This document shows positions 51,901 to 63,094 of a stretch of DNA of 64,000 nucleotides, in pieces. Position 1 is the first letter of the stretch. The number at the start of each line of letters is the position of its first letter. Below the pieces are notes generated by a model that searched no databases, had not been told where the DNA came from, and was given only the letters and a program-made list of their open reading frames with translations. The stretch is from assembly GCA_950097015.1 (NCBI GenBank), contig CATNEN010000001.1:20708001-20772000 (forward strand), in the 5' to 3' direction. This stretch comes from Macrostomum hystrix. Taxonomy: Eukaryota; Animalia; Platyhelminthes. Position numbers and translations under genes: made by a program.

Positions 51901-54678
51901 AAGGGTTGCCTTGACAACGTGCGACTCAATGGCTACCTGGTTCCGCTAGTCAGCCGATCATTGCCTGCTGGATCTCCGGGATTCTATTGGTCACCAGGAT
52001 CAGCGTCACCACTGATTGGTTGTCACAGCAACCCGGTGTGCCTCGACAGTGTTTGCCTGAATGGAGGCAACTGCACGGACATTTGGAACGACTTTAAATG
52101 CGACTGTGTCTCCGGATTTTCTGGCAAAACCTGCGGTGATTCTGACGGTGGTTTGTCATTGTTGGTTATTATTGCAGTATGCTCGGCAAGCATTGTGTTT
52201 GCGATATTATTAGGTAAGGGCTGAGTACCGGCCGCGGTGTGTGGGATCTCAAACTGCGCTGGTTGAGCTCAAACTACCATTTTTTAATGTCACAACTGCA
52301 CAGTTTCAGTGTCGGCGATATTCTGCCTCCGAAAATCTCGGCAGAAGATGGCGAGCTCAACAGCAGCTTCTGGCAGCAGTGACGATAGTGGTTCCGCTCT
52401 TCCCGCTGTGCTGGCGCCGACTGTGGAACCTCAACGGCGCCTGCCGACTCACCCGCCTTGCATAGAAGCGCCAAGGGTTAGCGAAAGCTACCTAAATCCT
52501 GATAAAAGGGTAAGTACCGAAACTACATAAAAAATCCGTTTAACAGTTTAACAGTAGAAAGACAAACGCTATTTTCCCCCCTGGAGAAAGACCAAAATTT
52601 TAGCCCGTGTTCTGGATTTTCATGGCGTTTGTTGAAAATTTTTGTAGATGTAAAAAAGGTGTGTATTTGAAATACCCCCTGGTCTTTGTTCTGTTTAACA
52701 AAGCAATTCCTCCATCAACATTCCAGCCCGACTCCTACGCGTACCTGAGAGACTCTGCCCAGCTGCAAGGTGAAGAGGCGCCATCGGCTGAATACGTTTG
52801 CTTTGCAGGTGATGGAAGAAACGAGGTGAGTGTCTCGACCATTGTGTTTGGTGATTCGTGTCGCCTGTGTATTAACTGCCACTCGGATAACTTGGTCAAA
52901 GTTAACATGTGTAAAACTCTAAAATTTCTTCAGGGATTTACAACGAATCGACCACTGCCGCCTATTCCCTCTGACGAAGGAGTATACCTCAGTGACGAAC
53001 ACCAGGTAAGCATATTGTTTGTTTAGCCTCACCTGTGCCTAAGATAATTTCAGCGTGCAGTCGTAACATTCGCTAGTCAGTTCTCAGCCCGCCTGCAGAG
53101 CTCCCATGCCTGGCTAAATGGCTCCATCAAACACCTACTCAACTTTCCCGAGTCTAATATCTTCTGTGTCTCATCTCTCTAGTGTCTCATCTCTCTAGTG
53201 TCTCATCTCTCTAGTGTCTCATCTCTCTAGTGTCTCATCTCTCTAGTGACTCATCTCTCTAGTGTCTCATCTCTCTAGTGTCTCATCTCTCTAGTGACTC
53301 ATCTCTCTAGTGTCTCATCTCTCTAGTGTCTCATCTCTCTAGTGACTCATCTCTCTAGTGTCTCATCTCTCTAGTGTCTCATCTCTCTAGTGTTTTATCT
53401 CTCTAGTGTCTCATCTCTCTAGTGTCTCATCTCTCTAGTGTCTCATCTCTCTAGTGTCTCATCTCTCTAGTGTCTCATCTCTCTAGTGTCTCATCTCTCT
53501 AGTGACTCATCTCTCTAGTGACTCATCTCTCTAGTGTCTCATCTCTCTAGTGTCTCATCTCTCTAGTGACTTATCTCTCTAATGTCTCATCTCTCCCGTG
53601 TCTCATCTCTCCCGTGTCTCATCTCTCCCGTGTCTCATCTCTCCTGTGTCTCATCACTCCAGTGTCTCATCTCTCTAGTGTCTTATCTCTCTAGTGTTTC
53701 ATCTCTCTAGTGTCTCATCTCTCTAGTGTCTCACCTCTGCTATATCTTACCTCCCTGTGTCTCATCTCTGTTCTGGCTGAGAACTTCTGTCTCATATATC
53801 TGCCAATCTCATCTTGTCTCGTCTCATATCCTCTCAACTCACCCTCTCATCTCATCGTTTCACATCTATTGAGTCTGATCTCACCCTGTCTCATCATTCA
53901 CCTGTCACATGTCCCCACTTTCAAGACTGCCCATTTTAGTATTATTATTCTTTCTTTAACTGACGGTGTTTATAGCTCGTAACTTAACCGATTCCAGACA
54001 CGATTGCATACATTTACGAGTAGTTGAATCATGATTCTCTATCCCAACTTGTCAGTTTAACTAAACAGACGATAATTATTAAACAGGAATCTGGCGGTAA
54101 CAGATTTGCCAATCAGCCCTACCAACGCATGGTTGGAAATGTTGAAGAGGTATGCAGTTCAGATCGATATTTGTTTATTTGAATTTTTTTGTAGTTTTTT
54201 GTGAGTGTGACTGGGTGTCGGTGAGAGTGCACACTGCATGACAATAATAAAGTCACAGCAGGTATGAGGGTGGAGAGCGGAAGATCAGTTCACGCGTTTG
54301 CCTCTCGCACCAATGTCCCGAGTTCGATTCTGCTGCGAGGCCACATTCATATGGGGCTTGTCGTGCAATTTACACCCTCGAGGGACAACCTCTAAGGCAC
54401 AGTGAGAGTGTACACTGCCTGACGATGAGAAAGTCGGGAAAGTTGTACACACCTGTGTTTGTGCTTGCGTATGTGCGAATGTGTTGTTAGGGCCGGCGCA
54501 ATGGGCAGTATGTAATATAGTAAGCACGGGTTAGTGTTTGAGTAGAATGATCCAGAAGCTAGCTCGCCTGAGTTCATTATGTAACACAATTCCTGATTGT
54601 CACTTTTAGGAGGATGAAGCTGCGCGTACTGTTGCACCTGAGGAGTTTCAAACTTTAAACACATATGACGAACCCTGA
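48938..54678 (+). CDS. Crumbs-like EGF/laminin-G type I membrane protein, paralog 1
   Basis: Exons 48938-49089 (signal peptide + EGF), 49361-49800, 49952-50571, 50647-51209, 51286-51407, 51491-52213 (LamG2, EGF, TM), then tail exons ~52310-52509, 52727-52825, 52934-53005, 54087-54149, 54610-54678. Contains the Crumbs-type long-loop EGF (CLERSNQKYY...FSYANAAGYVC). Tail exons are less certain. Confidence 0.85.
53165..53735. repeat. 16-bp minisatellite (GTGTCTCATCTCTCTA)n, intronic
   Basis: Tandem periodicity of 16. Confidence 0.93.
54266..54510 (+). mobile_element. SINE family A copy (3'-truncated), intronic
   Basis: tRNA-like head with GTTCGATTC and the GTGTACACTGCCTGACGATGAGAAAGTC core. Confidence 0.82.
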
Positions 54679-55064
54679 GCACGACTTTCTAACCTGTGGC
54701 ACTGGAATTTGTTATTCTCGTCTTCAGACTCTCTTAAACATAAAATTACGAGTATGTTCAAGTTGTTTCCTGATAATATCAAAACTGAGTTATTTTCTGC
54801 TACGGCAAATAGACTCTCTTCAAATTTTATTGAATCGAAGATTATACGCTACTAAATGTAGATACCACAAGCTATTTTTGATAAATCGATTAAATGATTT
54901 CAACATTTTTCGACCTTAAAAGTCATTATATTTATTATTACCTAGAGAGTTCTATTATTGATTAAATGTATTTTCTTGCCTTTGTTTCGGTTACTAATTA
55001 TTTTTATACTTATCTTATTTTCATAACATAAGAAAGTAGAAAGTCCCCACCCATCTAACCCTCA

Positions 55065-55860
55065 TCACTTTCCATCCCCATCCTCCTCACTCCCCACCCT
55101 CCTCATTCCCATCCTCCTCACTCCCCATCCTCCTCACTCCCCATCCTCCTCACTCCCCATCCTCCTCACTCCCCACCCTCCTCATTCCCATCCTCCTCAC
55201 TCCCCATCCTCCTCACTCCCAATCCTTCTTACTCCCCACCCTCCTCACTCCCCATCCTCCTCACTCCCCACCCTCCCCACTCCCCACCCTCCTCATTCCC
55301 ACCCTCCTCACTCCCCATACTCCTCACTCCCCAACCTCCTCACTCCCCAACCTCCTCACTCCCCATCCTCCTCACTCCCCATCCTCCTCACTCCCCAACC
55401 TCCTCACTCCCCATCCTCCTCACTCCCCATCCTCCTCACTCCCCATCCTCCTCACTCCCCATCCTCCTCACTCCCCATCCTCCTCACTCCCCATCCTCCT
55501 TACTCCCCATCCTCCTCACTCCCCATCCTCCTCACTCCCCATCCTCCTCACTCCCCATCCTCCTCACTCCCCATCCTCCTCACTCCCCACCCTCCTCACT
55601 CCCCATCCTCCTCACTCCCCATCCTCCTCACTCCCCATCCTCCTCACTCTCCATCCTCCTCACTCCCCATCCTCCTCACTCCCCATCCTCCTCACTCCCC
55701 ATCCTCCTCACTCCCCACCCTCCTCACTCCCCACCCTCCTCACTCCCCACCCTCCTCACTCCCCATCCTCCTCATTCCCATCCTCCTCACTCCACATCCT
55801 TCTCACTCCCCACCCTCCTCACTCCCCACACTCCACACTCCCACCCTACTCACTCCTCAT
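55065..55860. repeat. 16-bp minisatellite (CCCCATCCTCCTCACT)n
   Basis: Tandem periodicity; same family as 63.1-64 kb. Confidence 0.94.
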
Positions 55861-56091
55861 CCTTTGCTTGGTAACTCTTCTAATTTTATTTCGGGTGATT
55901 TTGTGAAACACTCTCTAGAGCGTTGGCCTCAGGTGCCAGAAATTGGAGATTATATTTTTAATGACCCTTTTTTATTTCGATTTTTATCGCCATGCATTCA
56001 TCCACACAATGTCTGTATGAAACTTTTCTTGGAATCTTTAAGTCTAGACAAAGAGTTGTAAATTTCAGCTTTCATCCTTTGCTGTGCAGCA

Positions 56092-59000
56092 ATGTTCCTG
56101 AATTGGTCGAGTCTTTTGCTCCCATTGACGATCGCATTGTCTTTCGCATCTGCCGCATCAGTTTCCATGCAGCAGTCTTCAGGTGAGCTCATTAGGCAGG
56201 CTTCTCAAGGCGTTGCCAGTTGTCAAGAGTTTCACTGAGATCGGTGAGCATTTTGCCTGGCCTCTCATTTCAGATGTCGATGAAGCTGAAGCCACATTGG
56301 CGAGGCTGAGGAGAGCCGCCTGCAGTGCTGGCGACTGCCAGAATGGAGGCTTTTGCTGGCCGGGAACTGTGACTGACAGTGTGCCTCCGTGCCTGTGTGC
56401 TGAGGGCTACACTGGCGCCTACTGCACTGTTGTTGATCATCCTAGTGCAGTGGACTACTGCGCACCCGGACCAGAACCTCCCTGCAAAAACGGAGCCACC
56501 TGCAACCGAATCGCCGTCAGTCCCTTCTACAGCTGCAGCTGCGTTCCCGGATTCACAGGTGAACAATCACTTTGTTTATCAAGATAAATCCTGTATACCT
56601 TTTATTGGAAAAAAATTAATTAAAATTAAAATTAGTAAAGTATTTATTGTTCTTTAAATAATCCTCTCAGATTTTGACTCAACTTTGTGAGTATTTAATT
56701 AATCCACTGAGTTGTTTGAACAGTTTATTTCTTTAACACAGGCATTTATCAACAGTTTCACCACAATGGTTCTATTGCTGAGTTTCTTGAGCCATGGAAT
56801 CCATTGAAAGTTTTACTTTATTTCACGCATATTTTTAAAGACTAATGAAATTTTTACATATTCTTATTAGATTTCGCAGGACACGTTGACCCTGCGACTG
56901 ATTATAACGAGGCGGCATTTTATCGAATTAAGTCAGTTAGACTAAGGAAGTTGCCGGATACGACAGAAATTAGTGAATTCATCCCAGATAAGCAAAAAGT
57001 ATATTTCAGCTTGAAATATGAAAATCATGTAACGATTTTAAACAACCGCAGGCGACCACTGCGACATCAACATCGACGACTGCGCCAGCCGGCCCTGCAT
57101 CAACGGCCAGTGCATAGACCTGGTAAACAGCTACAACTGCAGCTGCTACAGCGGCTGGGAGGGCTCCAACTGTGGCACCAACCATGACGACTGCTTCGCT
57201 GGCGCCTGTCTCAATGGGGGCCGTTGTGTGGACGGCAACGGAACGTGAGGGCGGTTCATATCTGATTGCAGCATCAAACTATTACAAGAGTATATGTCTG
57301 GGTACGCCTTAGCAACAGTAGTGCCCACTATCCATGGAGACTTTGACCAAGCGGTTTGAGTTCTGGCTTTTGACTCAGAGATCTGGAGCTCGAATCTTGG
57401 CCCTAGGTAAACAGTTTGACTTCTTAAACCCAATTCCTAAGTGATTCAGTTCATCCTACTGTAAAATGGGGTGCCTGCATCCGCTGGGGTAGAAATTTCG
57501 GTGGGTGTCCGGCCTTCCCAGTCCACGGACTAAACAGCTGTACACAGCCACTGGAAGCGCCACGCAATAGCTTGGACTGTGCCACTGGCTGCACATTTTC
57601 CCCAACAAGGCTGAATTTAATTTCCAATTTTTCTCCTGACCATGAAGATCATTACCTATTAACCAACTGTGGTGTCTCCGCTTCCTTAATTAAACAGTAG
57701 TAAGCGTTAAGCCGAAATAAAGGGCAGATGGTAAGTCTGAGGTTCGAATTTGGAGCAATTAGGGGATGAAGTCGCCAATCTGAAGACAAGCTCCTGAAAT
57801 AAACACCTGAAATTAACGGTAGGGTTGCTGCCACCTTGGTCAGAAGGGTCGATTGTCTCGTAAGACTTCTCTCGCCATACACATATTAGAAAGTAGTTAA
57901 CACATGAAAGTCGAGACTCGGAGACAATTGTCTGTGGACAAGTTCCACACAGATCAAAGCGCTGCTGATAGGAGACGTAGATTAACGCATTATCAGTCCC
58001 TAGGAAATCGTCTCTTATCCAAGTCTCTTATTCCTCTAGAAAGCTAATTATTTGAATCAGTCTCGTATCCACGAGATTTCCTGAGATCTAGCGTAAGATG
58101 CCCTTATCCAAGAGAATTCCTAGCAATCCTAGATCACTATGGCAAGAGTTAGTCTCTTATCCAAGAGGGGTCCTTTAAGCCCCTTGATGCAGGAGACGTG
58201 TATCCAAACTTAAACCTGGTTGCTCTGGCTGCCGAAGGAGACGCTTATTCAAGCGTAACCAGTTGATCTCGATGTCCCGTGGGAAACTCTTCTCCAAGCG
58301 TATCCTGCAGTGCTCGCTTCGCCAGAAAGACACTGTTCTCCAAGAGTATCCTGCAGTGCTCGCTTCGCCAGTAAGACTCTGTTCTCCAAGCGTATCCTGC
58401 AGTGCTCGCTTCGCCAGTAAGACTCTGTTCTCCAAGCGTATCCTGCAGTGCTCGCTTCGCCAGAAAGACACTGTTCTCCAAGAGTATCCTGCAGTGCTCG
58501 CTTCGCCAGAAAGACACTGTTCTCCAAGCGTATCCTGCAGTGCTCGCTTCGCCAGAAAGACACTGTTCTCCAAGAGTATCCTGCAGTGCTCGCTTCGCCT
58601 GTAAGACACTGTTCTCCAAGAGTATCCTGCAGTGCTCGCTTCGCCTGTAAGACACTGTTCTCCAAGAGTATCCTGTAGTGCTCGCTTCGCCAGTAAGACA
58701 CTATTCTCCAAGAGTATCCTGCAGTGCTCGCTTCGCCTGTAAGACACTGTTCTCCAAGAGTATCCTGCAGTGCTCGCTTCGCCTGTAAGACACTATTCTC
58801 CAAGAGTATCCTGTAGTGCTCGCTTCGCCAGTAAGAAACTATTCTCCAAGAGTATCCTGCAGTGCTCGCTTCGCCATTAAGAAACTATTCTCCAAGAGTA
58901 ATTTGTTGATTTCGTCCTGTTAGTACTTCTCCTAGCTCAAGCCCGTTGTCCTGTGCGCCGGCCTTGTCCGACTCGCGACGCAGATGCTCTGAGTTTTTCT

Positions 59001-62000
59001 CACTCGGGTATCTCGTATTTATAGACAGCTTGGAACCCTTCCTCCTTTGCCATTGGCTAGAGTCTTTCACAAGCTCTCATTGGCTGGAAAGATCATGCAG
59101 GCGAAAATTCTGTGGGCGGGCCAAAACAGCCACGGAAAAACCGTCGAAATGTCTGCCACAGTTCTCCTAATACAGACACCCGAAAGAAACCAATACATTT
59201 CTAGCCTAGTAACTAGTGAATCTCCAGACAACGAACTCTCTTTAGGTTCAGCTGTGACTGCACAGGCACTGGGTTCTCTGGTAGCAGGTGCGAAGTCAAC
59301 ATCGACGACTGCGCACCGAATCCCTGCAGAAATGGAGCCACCTGTGTTGATGGTCCCAGAGATTACTCATGCGTGTGCCACGACGGCTATACTGGTAAAA
59401 CCTGTTCCACTGACATTGTGGACTGCAATCCCAACAAGTGCCAGAACGGTGGAGTTTGCTATGAACGCAGCAACCAAACTCTGTACAACAGCGCATTGTT
59501 GCCACCTCCGTTCAACGGCTCCTTCAGCTACTCGCTGGCAGCTGGCTTCGTGTGCGCCTGTCCAGCTGGTGAGGGATTAAAAATCAATACATTGTAAAGG
59601 CTAAGGAGAATCAAAAGAATTTCTTATCGTCAGGGAGTGTACACTCCCTCTGCGTTGGATGTTGACCCACTTAGGGCTTAAACTGTACTACGAGCCACAA
59701 AGCCTTCCACGGCTCGCTGTGACCTCGCTGTGGAATCGAGGTCAGGGACCGCTTCGATTCCAAATCTAAGTGTTATTCGCTGATGGAATAATTAAGTTCA
59801 AAAGCTGTTACCTAATTACCTAATTACCTAAGTTACCTAATCAACAGGTACCTACGGGGAAACCTGCTCTGTGAACCCGGACGACTGCGTGCTGCCCGGC
59901 ACCAACCAGAGCGTGTGCGCTCACGCCTCGAGCTGCACGGACGGCCTGGCCTCATTCACCTGCCACTGCCTGCCCGGATATGAGGGCGCCAACTGCTCGG
60001 TGGACATCAACGAGTGCGAGCTGTTCCGTCAGCCGTGTCGCAACGGAGCTGTCTGCAAGGACCTGCTGGCTGACTATGCCTGCACCAACTGCCCGTCAGG
60101 GTTCGGCGGCAAGAACTGCAGCGTCAGGCTGACCGGCTGCGACTCCGCGCCGTGTCGGAATGGCGCCACCTGCGAGCCGGTTCTCTTGAGGGAGCTGCCG
60201 ACACCTGAGCACAACTATCGGTGCATCTGCGACTCAGAATCAGACTTTGGTGGCCGCGACTGCTCCGTGCGGCTTCCGTCGTTCTCATTCGGACTGGGTG
60301 GCAACGTGTCCTCAGCGAGCTTCTCGTCTCTGCCTTCCGCTTCAAGTGCGTCTATTGGTGACTCATGGACAATCGAGCTGAGGCTGGTGACTTTGTCTCC
60401 GGGAGCGTTTCTGATGCTGCTGGGGAATTTGAGCGAAACAGCCGACACGGCTCGACTTCTTGTCTCTGTGAGTTCAAGAGCTGTGAAAGCCTTGCCGAAA
60501 AACCCTTTCAGAAAGAGTCGAACTCTCAAAGAGTCGAAGCATATGATCGAGTTTCTTACAAAGCAAAATGAGGTCAGACGGCTCTGTCGAATCTCTTTGG
60601 GACCATCAGATCGATGCCGCGGGTCGTCTCTCCGCCCAGCTGCTGCTCAGCAACGGCTCCCAGATTGCATCGCTGACATCTCCTGACTCGGTGGCCACTG
60701 GCAGGTTTGTCTATGTGAAGATCTCCGTGTCGATCTCAGGTCGCGCGTTGTCTCTGACGGTGGCGTCGGCTGTGAGGTCGGCATCGCTGAGCAGTGCGGC
60801 TCCCGTGCCGCAGCTGTCGGGCCAGCTCATCATCGGCGGCTTCAGCGGAGCTCCTTCAGCCCCAGCTCCTCGACCGGTTCCCGGAGGAAAGAAACGACTG
60901 AAACGGTCCGCGCCAGCACTTCCAGGCAGTGTTGCTTCGTCAGTTCCGCCAGGCTACACAGCCTTCAGCGGAGTTATTGCTGCTCCTCGACTGAACCGGG
61001 ACATGCCGCTGATTCTTGGCCCCGTGACATCCAGCTTGCTCGACGGCCTTCCAGGGGCGATCGCTGCGAGCGACTCGACCTCGGTAGTCGAGGGATTGGC
61101 GGTCACAAGGCTCTGCGACACTTTTGCACCATGCAAGAATGGAGGAACATGCGTTGATGGCTTCTACTACACATATTCGTAAGGCAGTGAATTTTGAGCA
61201 CCTTGTTTCTATGACAATTGAATGTATATCTGTGATGTTTTTACCTGTACCCCGCAGCTGTCAATGTCACAAGGGATTTTCTGGTGTGAGTTGTTCTGAG
61301 GACTTTCCCGACTGCAATCCGAATCCGTGCCAGACCGACGAAGTCTGTTTGGAGAGAAGCGACTCATTGAACTACAACCTGCGATTTCTTCCCTGGCCGT
61401 TTAATGAACCGTTCAGATATGAACTGGCTGCTGGTTTCAAGTGCATCAAATCGTATGGTTCGTTGTGAAGTTTTTGTTTAATCCCGCACCTTCAGGGGCT
61501 CACACTCTTAGATGAGTTTGAAAATTCTGCATGACAAAAATCTTTCAGGCTCCTTAGCCAAGTCAGATTTCCGCAGCTCCGGCTTCTTCTACGCAACCCT
61601 TGTCTTGTCGGCGGGCATGATTTGTTCAATCATCTTGGCTGGCATTGTTTTAGCCTTCCTATTTCGCTCGGTGAGAAAAATGTTGCTTTCGTTTTTTAGC
61701 ATTCTTTCTTTCAAATGCTTTCCTTGCTAATTTATAGAATTGATGTAGCATATGAGGGAGGCTGTTAATATTCTGGTAATACTCGCGCACTACGGCTGTT
61801 TTACATACTTTGTGTTGTAATAATTGATTTCGCACTAATGCTCAGACTCAGGCGCTTCATTTCACTCCCCACAGCAAAATTGAAAGTGAACCTAATGTGC
61901 AGGTGTTTGGGTTAAAAAAAGATCGTCTTAAAAATGTCTTAATTGAAAATTTATTTAAGAATTTTCAGCAACTTTGAGGCATTTAGCACTGCGATAATAG

Positions 62001-62491
62001 GACCTCGTGTGGCACAGCTTGACAAGCATTTCCTGCTTCATTTAATAGGGCCGGCTGACACTCAGCAAGCCAGGTCAGCCGAATCCAAACTCATCGAGTC
62101 AACCTAACGTGAGCTCTCATTACCCGAGCACTCTGAGTGATGTTTGCCTTCAGAGTTTTACAATAATGTGACACGGACAACAAATGAATTTCAGCGCAAT
62201 GGCCTCACATGTGATTCGGAGGGGGCCTACACCACTGCCAGTGTGGACCTCATTATCTCGCATGTATGTCGACTGCTGCATATTTTCCTGCGCTTTCTCT
62301 GAGACCAGCTTCGGATTTGAACCTGACTGAGTCCCATTTCTGCGTCCTTCCACCTTAAGGGCAATAGAATGCGTCAGGCAGGTGCCGCCGATGCAGCGGA
62401 AGGTGGCGACCCGGTCTACGAGATGACAATGGACCAGCAGTATGCCAACGTGGGCCCTTCAAACACCACAACCACCTTTCAGCTCGCCTAG
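56092..62491 (+). CDS. Crumbs-like EGF/laminin-G type I membrane protein, paralog 2
   Basis: Exons 56092-56182 (signal peptide), 56274-56558, 57052-57244, 59246-59568, 59848-60467, 60610-61178, 61258-61452, 61577-61670 (TM), then putative tail exons 61846-61902, 62049-62108, 62195-62263, 62378-62491. Intron positions and phases match paralog 1 in the shared region. Confidence 0.83.
57340..57620 (+). mobile_element. SINE family B (tRNA-like head + CTGTAAAATGGG central domain), intronic
   Basis: Head GACCAAGCGGTT...GCTCGAATCT; body CAGTTCATCCTACTGTAAAATGGGGTGCC...GGGGTAGAAATT...CCCAGTCCACGGACTAAAC. Related fragments at ~28070-28120, ~34610-34650, ~35090-35130 (minus) and ~40380-40490. Confidence 0.6.
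58288..58900. repeat. 46-bp minisatellite (TTCTCCAAGAGTATCCTGCAGTGCTCGCTTCGCCAGAAAGACACTG)n, intronic
   Basis: About 13 tandem units. Confidence 0.94.
59620..59750 (-). mobile_element. SINE family A, degraded 5' fragment, intronic
   Basis: TTTCTTATCGTCAGGGAGTGTACAC and GGAATCGAGGTCAGGGACC match the reverse complement of the family core and head. Confidence 0.7.
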
Positions 62492-63094
62492 ACTGATAAT
62501 ACGTGATGCTGACCACAGAGGTCCTCAGGAAACTGGTGTGAACTATTATTAGGGCCACTGGAACCCTTCAGCCTTCAATGTAACCTTGCAACTTCCACTG
62601 GAACCCAACAGCTTCACTGGAACGATTTTGATCGAGTATCGAGTGTGTCCCTGGTTTTTCGTAGCCTTGCCGTAATAGTTAAAATTTCTTCACTGCAGTT
62701 TAATGTAGTTTCACAAGTTCACATACCGATTTTAATCTTGATTTCAATTTGCTCTTTTAAGTGCCAGTTTTGCCTGTCGATACAGCAGCTGTTTTCACTG
62801 CTTCCTTCACAGCAGGTCTTCAGACATTAATGGGTCCACCTCAAATAATATTTCAGGAATATATTTTCATAATCTCGCAAGTCTGCGCTAAACTACTTTT
62901 TTCTTATTTTCGTTTCGAAACGAAATAAAAGTGTATAAACCAATCAATTTTTTCATACATTTTGAGTAGCTCACATACCTATTTCATTTCAATTTGAATA
63001 ACTTTTTGCAAATTGCTTGCATGACATGTGTGCTATATCAATTTGGTGTTTATCTGCTTCTTAGATTAGTAGGATAGAATGAATGCAGTAGACC

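Noticed and set aside
58175-58803. Minus-strand repetitive ORFs in the paralog 2 intron
   Set aside because: The 46-bp unit cycles through all three frames, so this is a tandem-repeat artefact.
48938-62491. One single long Crumbs/Notch gene, or a canonical crb assignment
   Set aside because: Each half has its own signal peptide, TM segment and stop; no LNR/ankyrin repeats and no GTY/ERLI tail were found, so no gene symbol is given.
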